Shown one piece after another: positions 19,286 through 28,631 of a stretch of DNA of 54,509 nt. Positions within the stretch are counted from its first letter, which is position 1. Every line of letters begins with the position of its first letter. Origin of the DNA: Blastocatellia bacterium (GTDB lineage: Bacteria; Acidobacteriota; Blastocatellia; UBA7656); assembly GCA_022615215.1 (NCBI GenBank), contig JAKEHD010000310.1, positions 1 through 54,509 of the forward strand, read 5' to 3'. A program made the translations under genes and the position numbers. Below the pieces are notes generated by a model, which saw only the letters and a program-made list of their open reading frames with translations, was not told the DNA's origin and did not search any database.

Positions 19286-20368
19286 TTAATCGCCCATATT
19301 TATGACAGGCAATCCCCCTCCCTTCATCGCAGCTATACTCAATTGAGCAGCGACATTATCGGCTATATGCATAAAGGCTTCGGCCTGCGGGCTGTCAGGC
19401 TCTCCGATCACCACAGGCACTCCGTTGTCGCCGGATTCGCGCACATTTGTTGACAGAGGAATACGGCCGAGCAGATTCGTTCTAAAGCGATTGGCCAGTT
19501 CTTCCCCGCCCCCTGAGCCGAAGATGTAGTGCCGCTCCGAGCAATTACTGCAAACGAAGTAACTCATGTTCTCAACTATGCCGAGCACAGGGATGTGGAC
19601 CTGCTCGAACATATTGAACGCCTTGCGCACATCGGCCATAGCCACCTCTTGAGGCGTGGTAACGAGCACAGCCCCCTGGACCGGGGCCAGTTGGGCGAGG
19701 CTGAGTTGGGCGTCCCCCGTGCCGGGCGGCATGTCTATGACCAGATAATCAAGCTCGCCCCATTCCACATCATAAAGGAACTGTCGCACAAGCGTATGCA
19801 ACATAGGGCCGCGCCAGATCACAGGCTTGTCTCCAGGGTTCAAAAATCCCAGCGACATCACCTTGATCGAATGGGCTTCGTGCGGGAGGATTTTCTGCCC
19901 GCGAATCACAGGCTCTTTGGTGAGACCGATCATTATCGGCACATTCGGCCCGTATACATCCGTATCCAGCAATCCGACCCTTGCGCCGCGAAGGGCCAGA
20001 GCGACGGCCAGGTTGACGGCCACAGTCGACTTCCCTACACCGCCCTTGCCGGAACTGACGGCGACGATGTTTCGAACCCCCGGAATCGACTGCTTGTCGC
20101 CCATCCCGCGTCCTTTCGGCACTTCGGCTTCCATCTTTATATCGACCCCTTCAACTCCCGGCACGCCGAGGACAGCTTCACGAGCGGCTTCCTGAAGTTT
20201 TTCCTTCACAGGACAGGCCGGGGTGGTCAGCACGAGTCTGAATTTAACCTGCCCTCCTCGAATCTCCATATCACGTATAAAATTCAGCGCAACTATATCG
20301 CGATGGAGATCAGGGTCTTTGACAGTGCTCAACGCCGCAAACACCGCTTCCTCATTAACATTCGCCAT
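19286..20368 (-). CDS. apbC: Mrp/NBP35/ApbC Fe-S cluster carrier ATPase
   Basis: 360-aa ORF. N-terminal MIP18-like domain, deviant Walker A SGKGGVGKST and CSNCSERHYIFG CxxC motif. Confidence 0.9.
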   Translation of the reverse strand: MANVNEEAVFAALSTVKDPDLHRDIVALNFIRDMEIRGGQVKFRLVLTTPACPVKEKLQEAAREAVLGVPGVEGVDIKMEAEVPKGRGMGDKQSIPGVRNIVAVSSGKGGVGKSTVAVNLAVALALRGARVGLLDTDVYGPNVPIMIGLTKEPVIRGQKILPHEAHSIKVMSLGFLNPGDKPVIWRGPMLHTLVRQFLYDVEWGELDYLVIDMPPGTGDAQLSLAQLAPVQGAVLVTTPQEVAMADVRKAFNMFEQVHIPVLGIVENMSYFVCSNCSERHYIFGSGGGEELANRFRTNLLGRIPLSTNVRESGDNGVPVVIGEPDSPQAEAFMHIADNVAAQLSIAAMKGGGLPVINMGD

Positions 20369-21112
20369 TTATAATTCCTCTGTATCCCTCAATTGCCTGT
20401 CTATCTGCAAGCGCAGGATATTGAGGCTGCCGGGCTTCCCCGGCGGAAATATTCTATAATCACAACTCTGCGACCCGGCAGCTATACGGCACTCACGAAA
20501 GACATCCGTTTCAAGCAACTCTCTGTATAATCTCAACTCCTCATTGCATATCTGATCGTAAGAAGCGGCAACCGCAACCATAGGACAATTGCGCTGCTTG
20601 ACCAAATAGGATCCGTCCTGAAGTCGGCGAAACGTGATATCGTAGCCTCGCTCGTTCACAAGTGAGCATAGCTTTTTGACCCTTTCATCAAAACCGAGAC
20701 CTTCAAGTCTTGGTTTAAGTGAAGCGATGAGATCGTCAGCCTGTTCGCAAAATATCCTTGCTACAGCAGGCTCGCCGAACATCGTCTTGACCTGCCTCAA
20801 CACATTGAGAGCGAATGTATTATAGCCGGTGGGGAAAAGTATCTCGGCTTTGTCCGTAAGATAATAAACGTGTCCGGGTCTGCCGCGATCATGCCGCTCA
20901 ACATCGAATTCGACCAGCCCATCCCGGCGCAATAAATCGAGGTGTCGTCGAATGCTGACTTTGCTCACTCCCACAGCAGAGGCTATCTCCTCAACCGTCA
21001 TGCGCTTTTTCGTCCTGAGTCGCGCCAGTATCTCACTTCTGGTCTCTTTAAGAATGTTCGTTATAGCAGCTACCACAACCATTATGCTAGGCAGCATCAA
21101 AGGTTTTGTCAA
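20369..21112 (-). CDS. Winged-helix transcriptional regulator with C-terminal four-Cys cluster (SufR-like)
   Basis: 247-aa ORF. wHTH segment MTVEEIASAVGVSKVSIRRHLDLLRRDGLV. C-terminal C-x12-C-x18-C-x8-C. First gene of the apbC/nfu/iscA operon. Confidence 0.65.
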   Translation of the reverse strand: MTKPLMLPSIMVVVAAITNILKETRSEILARLRTKKRMTVEEIASAVGVSKVSIRRHLDLLRRDGLVEFDVERHDRGRPGHVYYLTDKAEILFPTGYNTFALNVLRQVKTMFGEPAVARIFCEQADDLIASLKPRLEGLGFDERVKKLCSLVNERGYDITFRRLQDGSYLVKQRNCPMVAVAASYDQICNEELRLYRELLETDVFRECRIAAGSQSCDYRIFPPGKPGSLNILRLQIDRQLRDTEEL

Positions 21113-21152
21113 CTTTTTTGCTATTAAAATCTGGAGCAGGCTAGATTGGGAA

Positions 21153-21182
21153 TTACAAATAGTCCTGGCAATAGGCTATAAT
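21153..21182 (+). promoter_or_regulatory. Candidate sigma-70 promoter of the encapsulin operon
   Basis: TTACAA (21153-21158), 18-nt spacer, TATAAT (21177-21182), in the 151-bp divergent spacer. Sequence match only. Confidence 0.45.
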
Positions 21183-21263
21183 CACGGCCTGATGCAAAAT
21201 CTCATTCAAAGAGGGCCGAATATTTGAGACCGAATCTCTAAGAAAGAGCTATTTTACGGATCG

Positions 21264-22091
21264 ATGCAAAATTTCGTTCATACAGGAAACCCCTTGACGG
21301 CGGATGAATGGGATGGTTTGACGAAGAACATAAGAGCGATAGGAAACGCGACGGTCGCACGCCGTTTCATTGAGGCGACCGGGCCACTCGGTCCAGGCTG
21401 CCAGACGGTTCCTATCGAAACCATCGAAGGTATTACAGAGGGGTACAAAAGTATTTCAGGGTCCAGGAAGGCTCTTCTGACAACCAGTTCCCGAAGCAGT
21501 GCTATAGTTCCCATCATCTCAAAAGACTTCGTCCTACACTGGCGAGACCTGGCGGAAGCAAGGTTGATCGGCAGAGGAGTGCCTTTGGCAAAAGCGGCCG
21601 CAGCCGCTTCGATCTGCGCGCGAAGCGAAGACAAGCTCGTTCTCTTCGGCCACACCCCGCTTGGTTATACAGGAATAATGAATGTAGAAGGCCGTAATAC
21701 TGTGACCCGACTTCGATGGCATTCTCCGGGAGATGCCTTCAATAACTTTACCTCGATAACGCGGCTCCTTATGAGCAAAGGTCACGACGGACCTTTCGCC
21801 GCCGTCGTCCACCCTCATATATTTGCAGGCATGCACAGGGTATTGAAAGGGTCTTCCCTGCTTGAAATATCTCATGTCAAGGCGCTCTTGACCGCCGGAG
21901 TATTCAAATCTTCGCTGCTTGCGCCGCGTACAGGCATGGTTGTTTCTGTCGGCAAGCAAAACCTGGAACTGGTAATTTCGGTAGACACCAGCGCGGCTTT
22001 TTTAGGAGCGAAAAAGATGAACCTTCCGTTTCGAGTCTTCAAAGCCGTTTATTTGCGCATTCTGAAAAGCGACGCTATTTGTACCTTTTAG
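21264..22091 (+). CDS. Family-1 encapsulin nanocompartment shell protein (linocin M18-like, HK97 fold)
   Basis: 275-aa ORF. N-terminal LTADEWDGL...ARRFIEATGPLGPG and C-terminal LELVISVD...FRVFKAVYLRILKSDAICTF align by eye with T. maritima-type encapsulin. An adjacent cargo gene carries a targeting peptide. Confidence 0.85.
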   Translation: MQNFVHTGNPLTADEWDGLTKNIRAIGNATVARRFIEATGPLGPGCQTVPIETIEGITEGYKSISGSRKALLTTSSRSSAIVPIISKDFVLHWRDLAEARLIGRGVPLAKAAAAASICARSEDKLVLFGHTPLGYTGIMNVEGRNTVTRLRWHSPGDAFNNFTSITRLLMSKGHDGPFAAVVHPHIFAGMHRVLKGSSLLEISHVKALLTAGVFKSSLLAPRTGMVVSVGKQNLELVISVDTSAAFLGAKKMNLPFRVFKAVYLRILKSDAICTF

Positions 22092-22121
22092 CGCCAACAC
22101 TTCAACCTGATCAGGAGGATT

Positions 22122-22472
22122 ATGGAAGCCAACAATGAAGATATCACACTGCTTCGCGACATACTTGCCCGCGAGCTTGGAACTATAAATAATTATCAGA
22201 ACCTGCTCTCCCGCGCTCAAAGGCCCGAAGTAAGGGAGTTTATAGCCCATATAATCGAAGAGGAAAAAGAGCACATCGCCGAATCCATGGAATTGATCAA
22301 AGAATTGGACCCGGCCCAGGCCTCCCTGTTTAAAGAAGGAAGCCACTGGAGAAAAGTGTCTCTTCAGCCTGCTTCATCACAAACAGGTCGTGCTTCTGCC
22401 ACACTCCCCGAAGATGATAATCATATCTCACCTCTCACCGTAGGGAGCTTGAGGCGCTCCGAGCAAGGTTGA
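22122..22472 (+). CDS. Encapsulated ferritin-like cargo protein (EncFtn) with C-terminal encapsulin targeting peptide
   Basis: 116-aa ORF with AGGAGG 7 nt upstream. Four-helix ferritin-like ExxH segment HIIEEEKEHIAESMELI. Flexible linker, then LTVGSLRR near the C-terminus (encapsulin cargo-loading consensus TVGSL). Confidence 0.85.
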   Translation: MEANNEDITLLRDILARELGTINNYQNLLSRAQRPEVREFIAHIIEEEKEHIAESMELIKELDPAQASLFKEGSHWRKVSLQPASSQTGRASATLPEDDNHISPLTVGSLRRSEQG

Positions 22473-22491
22473 CGCGCAAAGAGTAAATCCG

Positions 22492-22785
22492 ATGGATGAA
22501 GAAATATCGCCTAAAATGCAGGAATACCTTGAGAAAGTCGAAAGAGAGCTTGCACGGTACGAGCATCCCCTCTTCGATTGGCAAGCTTATACTGCTGAAC
22601 CGGGAATCGAAGTCTGTGTCTTCTTAAAGTACTCGGGCATTCACGATGATCCATATAGATTTCAGATCACCCCGCGAGAACTCGAAGCCCAGGCATTCGA
22701 ATGGGACTTTCAAAGACAACTATACAATTACCTTCACGACTATCTGGTCGAGATGTTCACCAGAAGCCCGCACATAAGAGAATGA
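22492..22785 (+). CDS. Hypothetical 97-aa protein, third gene of the encapsulin operon
   Basis: ORF lies 19 bp after EncFtn on the same strand. No recognisable domain, targeting peptide or signal peptide. Confidence 0.55.
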   Translation: MDEEISPKMQEYLEKVERELARYEHPLFDWQAYTAEPGIEVCVFLKYSGIHDDPYRFQITPRELEAQAFEWDFQRQLYNYLHDYLVEMFTRSPHIRE

Positions 22786-22849
22786 AGTATTGAAGTAATA
22801 TCCCCACACGGGGACATTGCCTGCTCACGAAATGCCTTCTATCAGGCAT

Positions 22850-23731
22850 TCAGGCGCGCGGATGAAATTTTTTGTATATCTCTCGAAGTCTCTCATTAGT
22901 TATATGTGTATATATCTGCGTGGTGCTGATGTCGCTATGCCCTAACATCATCTGCACAGATCGCAGGTCGGCTCCGTTCTCCAGGAGGTGAGTTGCAAAG
23001 CTATGCCTCAAGAGATGTGGAGTGATATGGCCTATCTTTGCCTTTTCACCATAACCAACTATCGTCTTCCAAAAGGCTTGCCTCGTTATAGGGCGTCCTT
23101 TGTCGTTAATAAACAGGTCGGGGCTTGATTTTCCGCCCAACAACTTCGGGCGGAGGGTGAGGTATTTCTTCGTCCAATTGATCGCGCTCTGTCCCATAGG
23201 CACTCGCCGTTCCTTGCTGCCCTTCCCCAGAGTGATTAGAAAGCCCATGTCCAGATTGAGGTCTGCCAACTTCAAAGAAACAAGTTCCGACACTCGCAAA
23301 CCTGTGGCATAGAGAATCTCCAGCATGGATTTGTCCCGCAATCCCGAAACGGTCGAGGTGTCAGGGCTGTCGAGCAACCTTTCGACTTCTTCAGTCAGTA
23401 GAAATTTGGGCAGCGATTGCCACGATTTAGGAGTCTCTATATTGGCGCTCGGATCGCGCTTTATGAGACCATCCAATATCAGGTATTTATAAAGCCCTCT
23501 CACAGTAACGAGAGCTCTCGCTATGCTTCTCGTCTCCAGACCGCTTTCATGCAGGTGTTTTATGAATCTCGTGAGATCATCCCTTTCCAGAGACAGAAGT
23601 TCCTTCCCGGCATTCTTGGCAAAGCGATCCAGTTTCTCCAGATCGCTCCGATAAGCGATCAGAGTGTTTTGAGACAGGCCCTTCTCTACACGCGCATAAT
23701 TGAGAAAGCTTGCAACTATATCGCGAGGCAC
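22850..23731 (-). CDS. xerD: Tyrosine site-specific recombinase XerD/XerC
   Basis: 293-aa ORF. N-terminal SAM-like FLNYARVEKGLSQNTLIAYRSDL. Catalytic ATGLRVSE, HLLRHSFATHLL and GHSDISTTQIYTH. Confidence 0.9.
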   Translation of the reverse strand: MPRDIVASFLNYARVEKGLSQNTLIAYRSDLEKLDRFAKNAGKELLSLERDDLTRFIKHLHESGLETRSIARALVTVRGLYKYLILDGLIKRDPSANIETPKSWQSLPKFLLTEEVERLLDSPDTSTVSGLRDKSMLEILYATGLRVSELVSLKLADLNLDMGFLITLGKGSKERRVPMGQSAINWTKKYLTLRPKLLGGKSSPDLFINDKGRPITRQAFWKTIVGYGEKAKIGHITPHLLRHSFATHLLENGADLRSVQMMLGHSDISTTQIYTHITNERLREIYKKFHPRA

Positions 23732-23863
23732 TCGAATCTCCTCCTTTACGGGTTGACTCTATAACCGACTCTTTGACATATTCTATACGACTTGGGGCCG
23801 AAAGAGAATTCGACCCTCATCACTTATACTAAAGCAGTCAGGAATAATTTTTCGTGAGGCGCA

Positions 23864-24928
23864 TTGATGAAGCTAAATGAGATAGCGGAAAAGCTCTCAT
23901 GCAGACTGGAGGGCGACGGAGACATAGAGATTACAGGTCTTGCAACTTTAGAAACTGCCCGCCAGGGAGAACTCAGCTTTCTAACGAACCCTAAGTATTT
24001 TTCAGAGGCAAAAACAACCGGAGCTTCGGCCATTATAGCGGGACGAGATTGTCCTCCCGTCACCATTTCGATTCTCAGGCACGAAAACCCTTACCTGACG
24101 TTTGCAAAAGCCATTGAAATTTTCCATTCTCCCCCGCCGAATAAACCGTTCATTCACCCTACGGCCGTCATTTCAGAGACCGCTTCGCTCGGTAACGCCA
24201 TCTCCATAGGAGCCTACACATATATTGGGAAAGACGTAATTATAGGAGACCGCGCAAATATAGGGCCTCATTGTGTAGTTTACGACCGTGCCTGTATAGG
24301 AGAAGATTCCGTCATTCATTCCGGGGCGGTCATAAGGGAAGACGTAAAATTAGGCAAAAGGTGCATAATTCAAAATAACGCCGTCATAGGAGCAGACGGT
24401 TTCGGCTTTGCAAAACAGGATGACGGAACCTGGTACAAAATTCTGCAAGCAGGTTCGGTTGTAATAGAAGATGATGTGGAAGTCGGCGCATGCACTACTG
24501 TAGACCGAGCAGCACTTGGAGAGACGATAATAGGAATCGGCTCTAAACTGGACAATCTGGTTCAGGTCGGGCACGGCTCCGTAGTCGGCAAAAACGCACT
24601 CCTGTGCGCCCAGGTTGGATTGGCAGGTTCAACGAAAATAGGAAACAATGTCATTCTTGCAGGCCAGGTCGGAGTAGCAGGACATCTGGCAATCGGTGAT
24701 GGAGCCATAGCAACTCCTCAAACGGGTATTCCGAACTCAGTCGAACCCGATAAAATAGTTTCAGGCTCCCCTGCCATAGACCATAAGAAATGGTTAAAAT
24801 CATCGGCTGTGATAGGAAAGTTGCCTGAAATCCAAAAAGTCGTGCGTGATCTCGAAAAAAGAGTGGTGAAGTTAGAAATCATCTTTAAAGTATTGCCTGA
24901 AGAAAAAATGACACAATTCAACCAATAA
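23864..24928 (+). CDS. lpxD: UDP-3-O-acylglucosamine N-acyltransferase
   Basis: 354-aa ORF. N-terminal LxxIA...G domain, long left-handed beta-helix hexapeptide repeats and a DNLVQVGHG segment. Confidence 0.9.
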   Translation: MMKLNEIAEKLSCRLEGDGDIEITGLATLETARQGELSFLTNPKYFSEAKTTGASAIIAGRDCPPVTISILRHENPYLTFAKAIEIFHSPPPNKPFIHPTAVISETASLGNAISIGAYTYIGKDVIIGDRANIGPHCVVYDRACIGEDSVIHSGAVIREDVKLGKRCIIQNNAVIGADGFGFAKQDDGTWYKILQAGSVVIEDDVEVGACTTVDRAALGETIIGIGSKLDNLVQVGHGSVVGKNALLCAQVGLAGSTKIGNNVILAGQVGVAGHLAIGDGAIATPQTGIPNSVEPDKIVSGSPAIDHKKWLKSSAVIGKLPEIQKVVRDLEKRVVKLEIIFKVLPEEKMTQFNQ

Positions 24929-24951
24929 ACAGAAGGGTTTAACCTGGATTT

Positions 24952-25485
24952 ATGAATGTAAAACTAGAAAATCAATCGCCCGTCAAAATCAAGAACCTTG
25001 AGAATAAAGTGCAGAAAGTGCTTGATACGGTTCCGGCAGAGCACTTGAGAGGTTTCACCAAAATAGTATTCGTTGATATGGTCACAGAACCCAGGATATC
25101 TGCTGCGCAAAGGTCAGCCCTGCCGGGATTGTACCACCCTAGAATGGGAGGCCAGATGGCCTGGGCCGAGGTGGCAACATCAGTCTTACTCCCTAAGAAG
25201 AGGTTTCCCCAATCCGTTCTGAACCGGATGGCGTTAAAATCTAATCTTGCCCAGGTAATCCTCTCACTGGTTGCTCAACATTACTACCTGACCCTGTCAA
25301 AAGGCCGCAAAAAAGGTCAACTAGAGCTTGCATGCAGGCAGTATGTCGAAAAGCATTTTGAAAAATGGAGAGAAAAAGAGGGCGGTTTCAGGGTACGTCT
25401 GCTGAAGCCCTTCAAGCCTTACCTGGATAAATTCGCGCGAAAGATGGCCAAAAAATATCGCCAGGAACTCGACCGCAACAAGTAA
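24952..25485 (+). CDS. Hypothetical basic protein
   Basis: 177-aa ORF lying 23 bp after lpxD. Lys/Arg-rich C-terminus. No family recognised. Confidence 0.5.
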   Translation: MNVKLENQSPVKIKNLENKVQKVLDTVPAEHLRGFTKIVFVDMVTEPRISAAQRSALPGLYHPRMGGQMAWAEVATSVLLPKKRFPQSVLNRMALKSNLAQVILSLVAQHYYLTLSKGRKKGQLELACRQYVEKHFEKWREKEGGFRVRLLKPFKPYLDKFARKMAKKYRQELDRNK

Positions 25486-25596
25486 AAGTATTTATGGCAT
25501 TCTTTAGCAGAGGTCTCGGTTTTTCCAGGATATATCAAACTGGCAGGTCGGTATGTGCAACTTTCTCATATGAGCATACGGATCAAGCAGGCTCAT

Positions 25597-26412
25597 TCAT
25601 TCGCCGAGCGATTCGAGAGCTTCTTTCAAGGCAGCGCGAACTTCGTCATTTCCCACCTGAGATTTTCGGAATTTTATCGTTATAGAATAAGACTTATTTT
25701 TAGGCATATATTTATACTCGAAGTTCCTGGCCCTTTTTACCTTGCCCTGTCGTACTTTTCGGGCCTCGTCCCTGGTCAGCCCCGACTCCCGAATGGTCGA
25801 AACAAATCGCCGCATCTCATCAACAGAAGGTTGTCTAACTACCTGTAATAACAGGGATTTAGAGGTTATGTCGGCGCGCCGACATAACTCTCTGACATCA
25901 GACGGAATGGAGGCCAGCGACAGGGCTTCGGTCACTGAGCTTCTCGATTTTCCGACTTTACGGGCTATCTCCTCGTGTGTATATCCGAACTTGTCTGCCA
26001 GGGCTTGCAACCCTTCGGCTTCTTCAAAAGGCGTCAGGTCTTTTCTCTGAAGATTCTCTATAAGAGATATTTCTGCGACTGCCCTGTCATCAACGTCCAT
26101 TTCGATACAGGGAAGCTCTGTAAGGCCGGCTTCAAGGCTGGCCCGATAGCGCCTCTCACCGCTTATAATCATAAAACGGCCCACATCGCTTGGGCGCACC
26201 AAAAGGGGTTCGAGGACGCCCTTCTCTTTTATGGAAGCGATTAACTCTGAAAGGTCTCCCACCTCAATCCTGGGCTGGTTAGGATTTGGTGCGAGTTTGT
26301 CAATAGGAATCATGCGCCCAATCGGAGCACCCGCGCTCCTGCTTGTGAGTTGTTCGACATAATGGGCGTCATGGCGTAGTTTGAAGTTGCCAGGCAAACC
26401 TCTTTTAGACAC
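25597..26412 (-). CDS. parB: Chromosome partitioning protein ParB/Spo0J
   Basis: 271-aa [17 protein letters not shown] and GERRYRAS ParB boxes plus an HTH. Overlaps parA by 8 bp. Confidence 0.9.
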   Translation of the reverse strand: MSKRGLPGNFKLRHDAHYVEQLTSRSAGAPIGRMIPIDKLAPNPNQPRIEVGDLSELIASIKEKGVLEPLLVRPSDVGRFMIISGERRYRASLEAGLTELPCIEMDVDDRAVAEISLIENLQRKDLTPFEEAEGLQALADKFGYTHEEIARKVGKSRSSVTEALSLASIPSDVRELCRRADITSKSLLLQVVRQPSVDEMRRFVSTIRESGLTRDEARKVRQGKVKRARNFEYKYMPKNKSYSITIKFRKSQVGNDEVRAALKEALESLGE

Positions 26413-27256
26413 GACGGATCACCTCCTCGCATAAACTTGAATACTCCAGAGCGCCGCTCGATGCAGGCGCAAAAGTGAATATGGTCTCCTTATAAGCGGG
26501 GCTTTCCTCCAGGCGAACCGATTTGCTTATTACGGTCTCGAATACTTTCGCTCCGAAAACCCTCCTTATCTGTTCGTGAATATCCTTGGCAAGGGTGGTT
26601 CTCTTGTCGTGAAGAGTTATCACAACGCCCAGGACTTGCAAATTGGGGTTGGGGCGGGCCTTGACCTTTTCAACGGTTTCCAGAAGATCATCGGTCCCCT
26701 CCAGAGCGAAGTATGAGGGCTGAATCGGTATTATCAAATAATCGGAGGCCACAAGGGCATTTACAGTAATAAGACCGAGGGTCGGGGGCGTGTCTATGAG
26801 CACATACTCATAATCTTTTACCACACCCTCTATGCGGTCTTTCAATCTGAAAGGAGCGTCGAATTCTCCTATGAGTTTGCTTTCGAATTTAGCCAGGCTG
26901 ATTCTGGAGGGCAGAATATAAAGATTCGGAATAGAGGTCTGCTTTACGACATATTCAAAGGCCACTTGAGAGTCTGTGAGCAATTCATATATCGAATGCT
27001 CGATCGTATTATGATCGAGAAACGATAGAGAACTGTTTCCCTGAGGATCAAGGTCTATCAAAAGAACTTTCTTGCCGGTCATTGCGAGGGCTGCCGATAA
27101 GTTGATGGCCGTAGTCGTCTTCCCTACCCCACCCTTTTGATTGGCTATAGCTATTACCATAGTCCCGTAGTCCCTCCTGCCAGAGCTTTTGCATCCTAAT
27201 TCGTAAACAAGATCAGTGTCAAGAGCGAACCCCTTGCTTTCCTCCGCCTCCCGCAC
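26405..27256 (-). CDS. parA: Chromosome partitioning ATPase ParA/Soj
   Basis: Deviant Walker [16 protein letters not shown] and IDLDPQGN. The true start is probably MVIAIANQ at 27160. Confidence 0.9.
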   Translation of the reverse strand: MREAEESKGFALDTDLVYELGCKSSGRRDYGTMVIAIANQKGGVGKTTTAINLSAALAMTGKKVLLIDLDPQGNSSLSFLDHNTIEHSIYELLTDSQVAFEYVVKQTSIPNLYILPSRISLAKFESKLIGEFDAPFRLKDRIEGVVKDYEYVLIDTPPTLGLITVNALVASDYLIIPIQPSYFALEGTDDLLETVEKVKARPNPNLQVLGVVITLHDKRTTLAKDIHEQIRRVFGAKVFETVISKSVRLEESPAYKETIFTFAPASSGALEYSSLCEEVIRRV

Positions 27257-27459
27257 GATTTAACCTGCTCGAATCGAAATCGTCTCGAAAAACAGGGAAT
27301 TATTCTTGCGGCGGACTACAGAGTAGACTTTCCATAGTGAATATGATTTAATTGCGAAACAATCTGTAGGGACGAGGCATCATTGCCCATCCATAAATTT
27401 GAAAGCAAAGTGTCTTTTTCAAAAGTTATCCGGTTGAATGGACAGAAAAGGGTGAAATT

Positions 27460-27936
27460 ATGGAAATAGAAATGAAGATTCGAGGTCTTATGATGGACCC
27501 GGCAGCCAATACCCCGATTATAATACTGAAGGACGTAAACGGCGACGCGATGCTGCCTATATGGGTTGGAGCATTTGAAGCAAACGCTATCGCCGTCGAA
27601 ATCGAAAAACTTGCCACTCAAAGACCGATGACACATGACCTTGTAAAAAATATTATATGGGAGATGGGAGCGACGGTAAGACGGATCGTCATCACAGACT
27701 TAATCGAAAATACCTTCTTCGCAGTTATCGAAATGGTCAGGGATGGAGAAGTATTGCTTGTCGACTCCCGTCCGAGCGATGCGATAGCTCTTGCCCTTCG
27801 CGTTGATTGCCCCATATATGTCAGCGAGGATGTAGTTAAAAATTCAAGCGCTTCTATCACAGAAGAGCCCTTATCGCCGGATGAAGACGATTGGCCGGAA
27901 GACATAATGGATGATGCCAGCGACTATAAGATGTAA
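27460..27936 (+). CDS. Bifunctional nuclease (BFN/DUF151) family protein
   Basis: 158-aa ORF. LPIWVGAFEANAIA...RPMTHDL...FFAVIE...VDSRPSDAIALALR is the BFN family pattern. Confidence 0.8.
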   Translation: MEIEMKIRGLMMDPAANTPIIILKDVNGDAMLPIWVGAFEANAIAVEIEKLATQRPMTHDLVKNIIWEMGATVRRIVITDLIENTFFAVIEMVRDGEVLLVDSRPSDAIALALRVDCPIYVSEDVVKNSSASITEEPLSPDEDDWPEDIMDDASDYKM

Positions 27937-28145
27937 AGCACGCCTTTTCATAGCGGTTCTATTGGGTGTTATCCAACTCAATTCGTGATGACCGACTATG
28001 GACATCGATCTGGCCGAAAAAAGTTTCCATGCGGTCAAAACTCGATATGCATTTCCTCACAGTCATGGTAGAATTCCCGCGCTGGCCGGATGCGGGTCTG
28101 CCGGATAGAAGGCCAAGCGATACTTTGACAGATTAAGGAGGCAAC

Positions 28146-28592
28146 ATGGCTTCGTTCAACAAAATAATTATCGTCGGTTATCTCGGTCGCGATCCAGAAC
28201 TTCGTTATACGCCTCAGGGAACTGCGGTCTGTAATTTCTCTGTGGCCACCACCGAACGCAGAAAAGACAAAGCAGGGGAATATCAGGACGTAACCACCTG
28301 GTTTAGTGTGAGCTTATGGGGAAACAGAGCCGAGCAAACAAGCCAGTACTTGAGTAAGGGCAAGCTTGTATATCTTGAGGGACGCCTCACTCAAAGGGAG
28401 TATCAGGATAGGGACGGCAACACACGAACAAGTCTGGATGTCAATGCTTCGGATCTACAATTCATCGGCCCGCGATCTGATGATACTTCAGGATTCAGAG
28501 AGGAAGGCCCTGCAAGAAGTGAGTCACCTGAAGCACGACCGGCGGCAGAGGATGTAACAGATACGATCAGCGATGATGATATTCCCTTTTAG
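28146..28592 (+). CDS. ssb: Single-stranded DNA-binding protein
   Basis: 148-aa ORF with an AGGAGG RBS. MASFNKIIIVGYLGRDPELRYTPQGTAV OB fold, disordered tail and C-terminal DDDIPF. Confidence 0.95.
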   Translation: MASFNKIIIVGYLGRDPELRYTPQGTAVCNFSVATTERRKDKAGEYQDVTTWFSVSLWGNRAEQTSQYLSKGKLVYLEGRLTQREYQDRDGNTRTSLDVNASDLQFIGPRSDDTSGFREEGPARSESPEARPAAEDVTDTISDDDIPF

Positions 28593-28631
28593 AGCAATTC
28601 CCTTCTCCCAAAAGGACTCGGCAGCATAAGA

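Noticed and set aside
19529-20374. 281-aa plus-strand ORF antisense to apbC
   Set aside because: It overlaps a well-supported Mrp/ApbC gene across its full length. The translation is Arg/His-rich and low in complexity, with no domain.
22850-23731. XerD as the integrase of a mobile element carrying the encapsulin operon
   Set aside because: The protein looks like a canonical chromosomal XerC/D. I saw no flanking direct repeats, no att-like tRNA junction and no other mobility genes.
27257-28145. Possible oriC or parS sites near parAB and ssb
   Set aside because: Only isolated DnaA-box-like 9-mers are present (TTATCCGGT near 27423, TTATCCAAC near 27970). There is no cluster, no AT-rich unwinding element, no dnaA/dnaN and no TGTTNCACGTGAAACA-type parS.
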